A stretch of 64,000 bases of DNA, from the NCBI GenBank assembly GCA_963663475.2, contig CAXXJV010000001.1, positions 1,504,001 through 1,568,000 on the forward strand. Direction: 5' to 3'. The stretch comes from Candidatus Cloacimonadales bacterium. Lineage in GTDB: Bacteria > Cloacimonadota > Cloacimonadia > Cloacimonadales > JAFGVF01. Positions within the stretch are counted from its first letter, which is position 1. Each line of letters starts with the position of its first letter. The notes below the pieces were generated by a model. That model saw only the letters and a program-made list of their open reading frames with translations, was not told the DNA's origin and ran no database searches. The position numbers were made by a program, and so were the translations under genes. Below, piece after piece: positions 38,078 to 46,602 of the stretch.

Positions 38078-40150
38078 TTAGAAAGAGTACTCAACCATTA
38101 ACTTGGTCCAAAAGTTATTATGTAACTCATCAGTTCTTTCATTAATAGTATCTGCACCGTAGGAATAACCACCAGACAACTCAATATATTTGTTAAATTT
38201 AAAGAGAAGATTTGCATATAGCCCAATATGATCAGTGTAATTATACTCGTGTCCATTTGCATCAATATATTTACCAGAATAATTATTATAGCGAATACCT
38301 GTTGTTGATTTCAATATTTTCCCAATATTCATGGTAAGATCGCCATTTATATATTGGTATCCGTTATCAAATTCTTCTTTTTCTGATGAAGATAAATCTA
38401 AGTAGTTCATAGATGTCATTGAGAGGGATAGATCATACCTTTCCATAAATGTATATTGGGCATTTACTGTATTTTTGTAAAGCTTATAAGTCTCATTAAA
38501 ATTATAAATTAGGGATTTACCAAAGGCTGTTGAATAGGTAAAAGATAAATTACTATAATTACTCCAAGTAAGTGATTGTCTAAGGTCTGGTTCATTGAAT
38601 ATCTCGCCAATATACTCTTGTTGATTAAATCTAAGTCCTAAGTCATAGTTAAATCCATTCATAGTTGAAGCCGTTAGGTAGGATGTAGCAGATAAACTTC
38701 TCTTATCTCCATTTTCATGAAAGAAACTGTAATCAATCCAAGAATCAAGGCCAAGATATCTTAATTTTTTAGTATCAAAAATATATTCAAAACTGCTTGT
38801 TAATAGAGTGTAATTTGTTTCATCTATTCTCCCCATATCTGCTGTGAAATTCTTTGATGAAGAGTTACTTGCCAACATTATATTATATTTTGGAGCATAA
38901 TAGTTATATTCTAAGGAAAAATCAATCCCATTAATTGTTTCTGTATCATCTGCTTTATTAGTAGATAAATAAGAATCAATCATTAAGCTATTTTTATCAT
39001 TAAAATAGATTACAGGTTTTATCTGTAGCAAACTATTAGTATAGTCATCTTGAGGATTAAATCTATTTAAAGTTGTAAGCTGTAAACTCCAATTATCGCC
39101 CTTAGGCTTAACATTTGCTACAAAATATTGATCTCCAGTATTATATATTTTACCATTGTCGGTTAGCTTTTCATCTTTAGCATAGAGAAGACCATAGCTA
39201 ATGTTTTGAAGATTCCCTGTAAACTTGGTGGCTATTTCAGGTTGTTGAATATGCCTAGTATAAAACATATAATTAGGTATATCAAAGATAGCATAATCTT
39301 CAGTAAAAAAATATCTATTCTCACTTAAATAAGGAGCAAACTCCAAATTATAGACATCTTGTTCATAATCCAAAGGTACTTCTGAGTAGTCCGGATTAAC
39401 AGATGCTTTGAAATTTAAAGCAGAAGATGGATTATAAGCAAAATCTAATCCAGAATATTTAGCTCCATACTTACTATCCTGATCTAAGTTATTATGCATA
39501 TATGAAGTATATCCTCGACTTGTAATATTAAGCTTACTACGGACAATATCAGATAAAATAATATCAAATCCTTTATCGAAATAGTCATTGCTCATCTTAA
39601 TATCAGTATATGGCCCACTATAAAGATGGTACTTCTTGGTATAAGCTCTGGAAAATGCTAACTTCCACTTGTGAACCTCTAGGTTAGGGTAATTTAGGTC
39701 ATTAAAGGGAATAGTGAAATCAACAATCCACTCACTATCTGTGCAAAAAGTCTTATAAGAGTAATTACTATCCCAATCATTACTGATATTAAGATCAGAT
39801 TTTCTTACTCCATCTAATAAAGAACCATTTGGATAAGCATAATAGATATAACCAAATCTATCCTTTGGTGAAACAACAACTTGCACTCTTAAATAATCCG
39901 CTTTCTGATAAGTCTCATGATTAACTAAATTTCCAAAAATCATATCTTCATTCTTAGCCATCACAGCGTGAATGTAGAGATTCTCTTTGTCATAAGAAGC
40001 ACTAATGCTTATTGGTTCAATAAGTTCAAGCATATCATTAGGTTCATTTCTCATAAATTGACTTTGATCTGCTGTGAGGATGTTTTCTCCCCAAATTGAT
40101 GCACATAACAACCATAGTAAATTACCCAACAATATTTTAAAACTAGCCAT
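38078..40150 (-). CDS. Outer-membrane protein with an N-terminal CBM9/DOMON-like domain and a DUF5916-like barrel
   Basis: Signal peptide; YDKENLY, W.VDFTIPFNDL; NPDYSEV..D and ENRYFFTE...FYTRHI motifs; terminal VEYSF. Confidence 0.7.
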   Translation of the reverse strand: MASFKILLGNLLWLLCASIWGENILTADQSQFMRNEPNDMLELIEPISISASYDKENLYIHAVMAKNEDMIFGNLVNHETYQKADYLRVQVVVSPKDRFGYIYYAYPNGSLLDGVRKSDLNISNDWDSNYSYKTFCTDSEWIVDFTIPFNDLNYPNLEVHKWKLAFSRAYTKKYHLYSGPYTDIKMSNDYFDKGFDIILSDIVRSKLNITSRGYTSYMHNNLDQDSKYGAKYSGLDFAYNPSSALNFKASVNPDYSEVPLDYEQDVYNLEFAPYLSENRYFFTEDYAIFDIPNYMFYTRHIQQPEIATKFTGNLQNISYGLLYAKDEKLTDNGKIYNTGDQYFVANVKPKGDNWSLQLTTLNRFNPQDDYTNSLLQIKPVIYFNDKNSLMIDSYLSTNKADDTETINGIDFSLEYNYYAPKYNIMLASNSSSKNFTADMGRIDETNYTLLTSSFEYIFDTKKLRYLGLDSWIDYSFFHENGDKRSLSATSYLTASTMNGFNYDLGLRFNQQEYIGEIFNEPDLRQSLTWSNYSNLSFTYSTAFGKSLIYNFNETYKLYKNTVNAQYTFMERYDLSLSMTSMNYLDLSSSEKEEFDNGYQYINGDLTMNIGKILKSTTGIRYNNYSGKYIDANGHEYNYTDHIGLYANLLFKFNKYIELSGGYSYGADTINERTDELHNNFWTKLMVEYSF

Positions 40151-40179
40151 GCTACTACTCCTTTTAGCTACAATTTACA

Positions 40180-41856
40180 TTATCCTACTTTAATCTCTCT
40201 ATTTATGTATCCTGAAATTATGTCTTGATGAGAAGTTATTATAATTGTCTTGGACTTGAATAAATCAAAGAGAAGACTTAAAATATTATTAGCATTTTCA
40301 ATATCTAAGTTTGCTACCGGCTCATCAAGAAGAATAATTTCTGGATTACAGAGAAAAAGTCTAGCAATAGCGATTCTCTGTTTTTCACCTCCAGATAACT
40401 TTTCTCCATAATTTCCTCTCAAGGAGTATAGTTCTTCATTAGTATTCAAATATTCAAGCTTTACTTTTTCTAATACATTTATCACTTCTGAATCGGTTGC
40501 TTTGGGATTACCATATCTGATATTCTCTATTAGAGGTAGATCATACATATAACTCTCTTGAGTTAAATAACCGATTTTTTTTCTAAGCAACTGAGCTGGT
40601 ATTGATTTGATTTCATAGTTGTTAAGTAAAAGAGAACCTTGATAATTATCCTCTAATTTTGTAAGTAAATTTAGAAGGGTTGTTTTTCCAGAACCACTTG
40701 CTCCTACGAAGGCAACTTTATCTCCAATATTTATATCAAAGGATAGATTGTCGATTATATAGTTATTATGAGCTGTGTCATGTTTGAAAGAGATATTTTT
40801 AAACTGAATTATTGGATTTGAGAAACGTGTAAATATATTTCCTTCTACTATATCGACTATTTCTGCTTTGTTTTCACAATCAGTAATTACTTGAGTAATT
40901 TTTCTATAGGAGACAAATGAGCTTATGATGGAATTATAATATCTTGTGATATTCATAAAAGGAAGATAAAATCTACCTAAATATTGAATGAATACTATTA
41001 AACCTCCTACAGATAATTCATTATTCTTTACTAAATTTATTCCTACTACTATTATGATAACATTTATGATTATCCGGGCACCACTGGTAAAGGGAAAAAT
41101 TAATAGATGTAAATTAAGTCCCTTCTTACCAGTCTGAACATATTCTGTTATTAAATTATTGAATAAACTATCCTCTTCGTTTTCTTTAATAAATAACTTA
41201 AATAATTTATAATCTTTAAAACGACTTATAATCGTCGATTTTATTTTTGACATTTGCTCTCGTTCAAGGTTTGATAAGGCATATTGCTTCTTCCCAAAAA
41301 AGTAACCATTAAAAATAACTAACGGGACAGGTATTAACATTATCAAAGTTAGTGATTTAGATAAGTTAAAACAAACGAACGCCATTATAATGGCAGTAAT
41401 CAAATCAACAACAATTCCATTGATTGGACTTATTATAATATCTCTAATTGCTTCCACATCTGAAATAATCAAGGTAGATGCCTCTCCAGATGTCATTTCT
41501 TTTAAATACTTCGGCTTTACCCTAAGTAACTTAGAATATAATGTTTTCCTAACATCAGCTTTAACCTTGTACCCATATAAGGTAACTAAATAACCTCGTA
41601 TTAAGGATACTATGAAGACCCCTAAGGAAACAATTAAATAAGCAATAACCAAGAAGTTAACTATTGACAAACTACTAAGATTATGAAGAAAACTCAGACT
41701 ATTCTCAATGAGATAATTACTAGTGCGAGATTTTCCAGTTAAGTTATCAATCAATATGCCAAATACTTGCTGAGGCAAGACAGTAACAAAAGATTCTAAG
41801 AATACTAAAAATACTATTATAATAAATGTAGGACTTTTAAGATATTTTAATAACAT
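40180..41856 (-). CDS. ABC exporter (fused TMD-NBD, MsbA/MdlB-like), no C39 peptidase domain
   Basis: Walker A GASGSGKTT, signature LSGGEKQR, Walker B ILLDEP; N-terminal TM helices. Confidence 0.9.
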   Translation of the reverse strand: MLLKYLKSPTFIIIVFLVFLESFVTVLPQQVFGILIDNLTGKSRTSNYLIENSLSFLHNLSSLSIVNFLVIAYLIVSLGVFIVSLIRGYLVTLYGYKVKADVRKTLYSKLLRVKPKYLKEMTSGEASTLIISDVEAIRDIIISPINGIVVDLITAIIMAFVCFNLSKSLTLIMLIPVPLVIFNGYFFGKKQYALSNLEREQMSKIKSTIISRFKDYKLFKLFIKENEEDSLFNNLITEYVQTGKKGLNLHLLIFPFTSGARIIINVIIIVVGINLVKNNELSVGGLIVFIQYLGRFYLPFMNITRYYNSIISSFVSYRKITQVITDCENKAEIVDIVEGNIFTRFSNPIIQFKNISFKHDTAHNNYIIDNLSFDINIGDKVAFVGASGSGKTTLLNLLTKLEDNYQGSLLLNNYEIKSIPAQLLRKKIGYLTQESYMYDLPLIENIRYGNPKATDSEVINVLEKVKLEYLNTNEELYSLRGNYGEKLSGGEKQRIAIARLFLCNPEIILLDEPVANLDIENANNILSLLFDLFKSKTIIITSHQDIISGYINREIKVG

Positions 41857-41973
41857 GAATATTCCTTAAGACATAATAATTTATTAAATGAAATTTTAAA
41901 ACAGGGTTATCGTCAAGTATAATTTCTAATTGCTGTAAAAAATACAAACAATTTTAATTAAATATTATGAATC

Positions 41974-42099
41974 CTATTTTGGATCAACAGGTATTTCAGA
42001 ATAACATGAATCTCCATCATTTTTCCACGTTTTGCAACCAGCACCGATATTGATCATTTGATCAAGTTCTATAATCTCAGGCTTTTCATAAGTTTCCAT
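41974..42099 (-). CDS. Putative RiPP precursor peptide (41 aa), absent from the ORF track
   Basis: AAGGAG RBS with an A-rich spacer, then METYEKPEIIELDQMINIGAGCKTWKNDGDSCYSEIPVDPK*; starts 11 bp after the rSAM stop; YxKPxI leader motif. Confidence 0.85.
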   Translation of the reverse strand: METYEKPEIIELDQMINIGAGCKTWKNDGDSCYSEIPVDPK

Positions 42100-42110
42100 T
42101 TTTTTCTCCT

Positions 42111-43457
42111 TTATATATTATTTTGATAACCCTCTTTATCAAATTCTGCTCCATTACAAAGAATTGTATTTATATATTCATCCATCTGGCTTTCCTCAAC
42201 TCGAATTATCCAAGCTGGGCAAATAGCGCAATGATATTTTTTATCACAATTATGACATTTAAAAGCTTGTTTTTTAACATTTTTATTTTTTAGTAATAAG
42301 TTAATTTTTTCCCCAATATCCATCCATGCCTTTTCTATAGAAATATTACTATTAGTCATGCTTATAGAAGGAATCCTCAACTGAACACATGGACTAATAT
42401 TTAATTCTGAATCAATAAAACAGGATGTAATTCCACCACCGCAAATCCAATCAATTTCCTTAAGTTGGGGTGGAATTGAATTTAACATTTTTTTTGAAAA
42501 TACTAAATTCTTCTCTCTATCTAGCGGTTCACTTGGTACTAGTTCTTTGATCCGATGAATTTCTTCAGGCAGTAAGTTCATAGATATCAAGTTTAAATCA
42601 GTTGGATCATTTGGTGGGCATATATTTGAACCATAATTGAACGGAATATTTAAATTAGCACTGATATCATAAATTTTTTTTATTATCTCTTTTGTTTCAG
42701 AATGTAACTGGGTTCGTGTTTGAATAGGGATATTGTTTTGTTTGAAAAATTTTATTGAATTCATTATCCGATTGAATGCTTCAGGCATCTTGGTAAAATA
42801 TTCATAAGATATATTATCATAACCATACAAAGAGATAGCAATCATTGATGGCTTTTTATCTATAAAACATTCTTTTAACTCTTCAGTTAAATGATACCCA
42901 TTTGTATATACTGTTATTTTAAATCCTAAAGAATAGGCATGTGAATATATTTCGCAAAAATCAGGGTGTAATGTTGCTTCTCCTCCAGTAAACAATAAAC
43001 TATAGCATCCAATCTTGGAAAGCTCCGTAATAAGCTCTTTAGTCCTTTCAGTATTAATGAAAGAAGATTGTTTTTTGTCTACATAACAATGCTTACACTT
43101 AAAATTACAGATATTTGTTAACTCAATGGTTGCATTTAGAATGTTCCTTTCTAATCTATTTTGGATAGTAATTTCATCAAAGATGTTATAATTTTGTTTT
43201 GCTAGACCATCAAAATTACCTTTTTCAAAGTTATTCAATAATTTTACAAATTCATCATAATCATGAATTAACATACTCTTTTCTATATTAAATATGGACA
43301 TTAACTTGCTTATACAGTCTTTTTTACTCAACCCAAGAGAATGGACTTGGAACATAATTATACTTGTTTTATTCAATTTCATAACTTTTTCATAGTTTTT
43401 ATACACTAAAAATAACTCAACACCTATTTTTCATAATTTTAAATTTATGTATTGCAT
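42111..43457 (-). CDS. RRE(PqqD)-radical SAM-SPASM peptide maturase; in-frame TGA at codon 9 from ATG 43457 (the ORF track starts at GTG 43406)
   Basis: LNKT...GLS...L...F.......D...F..LL RRE pattern; ELTNICNFKCKHCY (CxxxCxxC); FTGGE, TNG, ISLYG; SPASM CGGG...ISPC...CHNC...HCAIC...C. Confidence 0.88.
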
Positions 43458-43518
43458 CAAAACTCCATTTTTTTTATTATGTTTCACTTATTTTCTTTTA
43501 GTTTATTAATGAGTTCTA

Positions 43519-43719
43519 TCAATTTTCTAAGTAATAGATTACACCATTAACCTCTATTAAAACAATATTTTCATTATTATCCTCATAAATAATGTGATAC
43601 TCCACATGCTCCAAATTAGATAAGATCATTTTATCAATTTGTACAAAATTAACTTGACTATAATTACATACAAAAAAAATAAATACACTAAGTAATAGAA
43701 AAAAAATAATCTTATTCAT
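43519..43719 (-). CDS. Small secreted or membrane-anchored protein (66 aa)
   Basis: GAGG RBS; hydrophobic N-terminus; acidic beta-rich C-terminus; first gene on the - strand of the island. Confidence 0.6.
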   Translation of the reverse strand: MNKIIFFLLLSVFIFFVCNYSQVNFVQIDKMILSNLEHVEYHIIYEDNNENIVLIEVNGVIYYLEN

Positions 43720-43813
43720 GAAGTTCCTCTGTAATAATAAATGAGGAAAATTAAAAAGTCCCGCAAAGATATGTTATACTACTGTATAATAATAAATTAT
43801 AAAGGTATAGATA

Positions 43814-44812
43814 ATGGAAAGATATTATGATAGGGTGTATACAACCGCTAAAAAAGTAGCCTTTTTATATATAAAAAATGCAGATGATGTTGAAGATATT
43901 ATTCAGTTGACTCTTATGCAATTTTATTTAAACAAAGATAAAATTACTGAAGAAAAAATTTATAACTGGGTATTTACAGTTACTAAAAACTTCTGTATGC
44001 AGTATTTTCGTTCAAGGAAAAAAGAAGATGAGTTAAAAAAATCTTATATAATTGAGGCAAGTAGTAATTTATCCCATGATGATAATCAGGATAAAAAAAA
44101 TGAAGAAAATTTAATCATAATAGATATTGATCAGTATGGATTTATTAATAACAAAGATAAAGTTATTTTAAAAGATTATATTGATAAACATAATAGTATT
44201 TCTAAGCTAAGTAAAAGCTATAAAGTGAAAAAAAAGACTCTACAGAATAAGATAAACCTTTTATTGAAAGAGATTAAACTCTATCATATTATTCAGTCGC
44301 AACCTCATGTATTTGATGCTTTGCCAGGCACTAAATTATCCAGAAATATTAATAATTTCCTTAAAACTATCACTAAGGCGATTGAGACAAATGAGATAGA
44401 TAAATTAAAACACTATCTCAGTGACTGTAAAATAAACGATAGTATTGATAATTTATATGTTAAGGAAGTTTCTTCATACAGAATTCAAATTGTAGCATCA
44501 AATATTTATATGTTAATCGTAGGTTTTATAGATTTGGATGACCATGTTAAATTTTTTATGGCTCGATTTAAATTAATAAATAACTATACTTTGAAATTTA
44601 TTGAATTTCCCATCTTTCCTAAGAGAGTTGTTGCTCTTGATAAAAAATATGCAGAGGGGAAAGAAGGGTTAAAAGGACTTTCTGATGATAGAGGTGCTAG
44701 TAATATGAAGTTTGGAACTCCAGACACTATACTAGACAAAAGAATGGGTAAAGTTGTTCAAACAGAAAATGAATTTAAACCCAAAAATAAGGCAGTAGAT
44801 CTTTGTGAATAG
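43814..44812 (+). CDS. ECF-type sigma-70 factor with a long C-terminal extension
   Basis: Region 2: AFLYIKNADDVEDIIQ...FY...NWVFTVTKNFCMQYFR; HTH-like SISKLSKSYKVKKKTLQNKI; about 170 extra residues. Confidence 0.75.
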   Translation: MERYYDRVYTTAKKVAFLYIKNADDVEDIIQLTLMQFYLNKDKITEEKIYNWVFTVTKNFCMQYFRSRKKEDELKKSYIIEASSNLSHDDNQDKKNEENLIIIDIDQYGFINNKDKVILKDYIDKHNSISKLSKSYKVKKKTLQNKINLLLKEIKLYHIIQSQPHVFDALPGTKLSRNINNFLKTITKAIETNEIDKLKHYLSDCKINDSIDNLYVKEVSSYRIQIVASNIYMLIVGFIDLDDHVKFFMARFKLINNYTLKFIEFPIFPKRVVALDKKYAEGKEGLKGLSDDRGASNMKFGTPDTILDKRMGKVVQTENEFKPKNKAVDLCE

Positions 44813-44947
44813 CAGAATATTCTTTTGCAATAGTAACTTACATAATTTTCATGAATTTATATATATTATATGGGTCAAAATTTTGTAAGCTATTTTGCCA
44901 GAATAATCTGCACTCTTCATCAAAGTTTACTGAACCATTTGGTTAAA
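44774..44947. repeat. Diverged full-length family A repeat overlapping the 3' end of the sigma gene
   Basis: gcagtagatctttgtgaatagc...gtaagctattttgccagaataatctgcactcttca...ggttaaa. Confidence 0.85.
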
Positions 44948-44950
44948 ATG

Positions 44951-44982
44951 AAAAAAGGGTTATGAATTTAATCATAACCCTA
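44951..44982 (-). terminator. Intrinsic terminator of argF
   Basis: aaaaaagggttatga-atttaa-tcataaccct. Confidence 0.75.
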
Positions 44983-45005
44983 AATAGATTTTACGTTTCT
45001 ATTGA

Positions 45006-46007
45006 TTAGTCACCTAAAGTAGCAACCATAACAGCTTTAATAGTGTGCATTCTGTTTTCAGCTTCATCAAAGACAACTGAATTTTCAGATTCAAAAACTT
45101 CATTAGAAACTTCTTGAGAATCGATACCATACTTTTCAAATACTTCTTTACCAACAGTAGTATTTAAGTCATGGAAAGCAGGTAAACAGTGCATGAAGAT
45201 AGTTTCTTTTTTACCAGTCATATCCATCATAGCTTTATTAACTTGGAAAGGTTTAAGAAGGTTAATTCTTTGTTCCCAAACTTCAGCAGCTTCTCCCATT
45301 GAAACCCAAACATCAGTGTAAATAGCATCAGCGTCTTTAACACCAGCAGGGATATCTTCAGTAAGAGTAATTTTTGCACCAGTTTCTTTAGCTATTTCAT
45401 TACATTTAGCAACTAATTCATCAGTTGGGAAAAGTGATTTAGGAGCAACAATTCTGAAATCCATACCCATTTTAGCAGCACCAATCATGAGTGAATTACC
45501 CATATTATTTCTACCATCACCAACATAAGTGAAAACAACTTCATTAAGAGGTTTTTTGATATGTTCTTGGATAGTAAGTAAGTCAGCAAGAATTTGAGTT
45601 GGATGATATTCAGTAGTAAGACCATTCCAAACAGGAACGCCAGCATACTCAGCTAATTCTTCAACAACTGATTGGCCAAAACCTCTGTATTCGATGCCAT
45701 CATACATTCTTCCTAAAACACGAGCTGTGTCAGCCATAGATTCTTTATGACCAATTTGAGAACCTGAAGGTCCTAAATATGTTACATGAGCACCTTGATC
45801 ATAAGCTGCAACTTCAAAAGCACAACGGGTTCTGGTTGAAGATTTCTCAAAGATAAGAGCAATGTTTTTACCTTTAAGTCTAGCTTGTTCTGTTCCAGTA
45901 TATTTAGCTCTCTTTAAATCTCTTGCTAAGTCTAACAAATAATTGATTTCTTTTGGAGTGAAATCAAGTAATGTGAGGAAATTTCTGTTTCTTAAATTAA
46001 AAGCCAT
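45006..46007 (-). CDS. argF: Ornithine carbamoyltransferase (ArgF/ArcB)
   Basis: [33 protein letters not shown]; start revised to ATG 46007 (AAGGAG upstream). Confidence 0.95.
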   Translation of the reverse strand: MAFNLRNRNFLTLLDFTPKEINYLLDLARDLKRAKYTGTEQARLKGKNIALIFEKSSTRTRCAFEVAAYDQGAHVTYLGPSGSQIGHKESMADTARVLGRMYDGIEYRGFGQSVVEELAEYAGVPVWNGLTTEYHPTQILADLLTIQEHIKKPLNEVVFTYVGDGRNNMGNSLMIGAAKMGMDFRIVAPKSLFPTDELVAKCNEIAKETGAKITLTEDIPAGVKDADAIYTDVWVSMGEAAEVWEQRINLLKPFQVNKAMMDMTGKKETIFMHCLPAFHDLNTTVGKEVFEKYGIDSQEVSNEVFESENSVVFDEAENRMHTIKAVMVATLGD

Positions 46008-46602
46008 AATTAACTCCTTAATATATATTTTTCTAATTACCAAAAAATAGTAAGTAAATTTTATAGCAAGGAAATTTTTTGAGAAAGCTGAGAATTAGTA
46101 ATTAAGGGAACAAGATTAGTCATTATGAAGTTAATAAAAGTAACATATGACTTAGAAAGATAAAAGAACAAGTTGTAAATATACCCTGCAGTTTTTTTTA
46201 AAAATATTTTCAAAAAGTGGGACAAATTTGAAAAAGTGGACACTAGATATAAGTGAAGGGAAATTTCAATCGACAAATAGCAACCGACACCAAGAATGAC
46301 TGCTCAAATTAATCAATTGTTATTTAATACTTTAGATTTTAAAAGAGCTCAAATAGTGCACACTTATCATTAACTATCATATTAATTTCAACTTGACCCA
46401 AGAGAGCGCAATTTCTCGTATCCTGAAAGGTTTTAAAGAGGCTCAAGTTCAAGTCTGGTGGAAGAAAATAAGTAAATAATAAAATGTTTACGTAGTTTAT
46501 ATCCCTGAAAGGGATTAGTAATTTAGCCTGGGGTAAGCTACTCTCAGGAGCGTCACCCCAGGTCCAATATCCAAAACTAATACCAGAACCCTGTAAGGGT
46601 TT

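Noticed and set aside
41974-42099. Lasso peptide interpretation of the precursor (YxxP leader, Gly/Cys start with Asp at position 8-9)
   Set aside because: No lasso cyclase (asparagine synthetase-like) or transglutaminase-like leader peptidase in the cluster, and no Thr at the -2 position; the adjacent enzyme is a radical SAM.
22800-43433. Genome-wide TGA recoding suggested by two in-frame TGAs (22800 and 43431)
   Set aside because: Long conserved genes contain no internal TGA, TGA terminates other plausible genes, and the 22734 frame has further stops.
42111-43457. PqqE or anaerobic sulfatase maturase
   Set aside because: No pqqB/pqqC, the peptide lacks the ExxxY motif, and no sulfatase is nearby.
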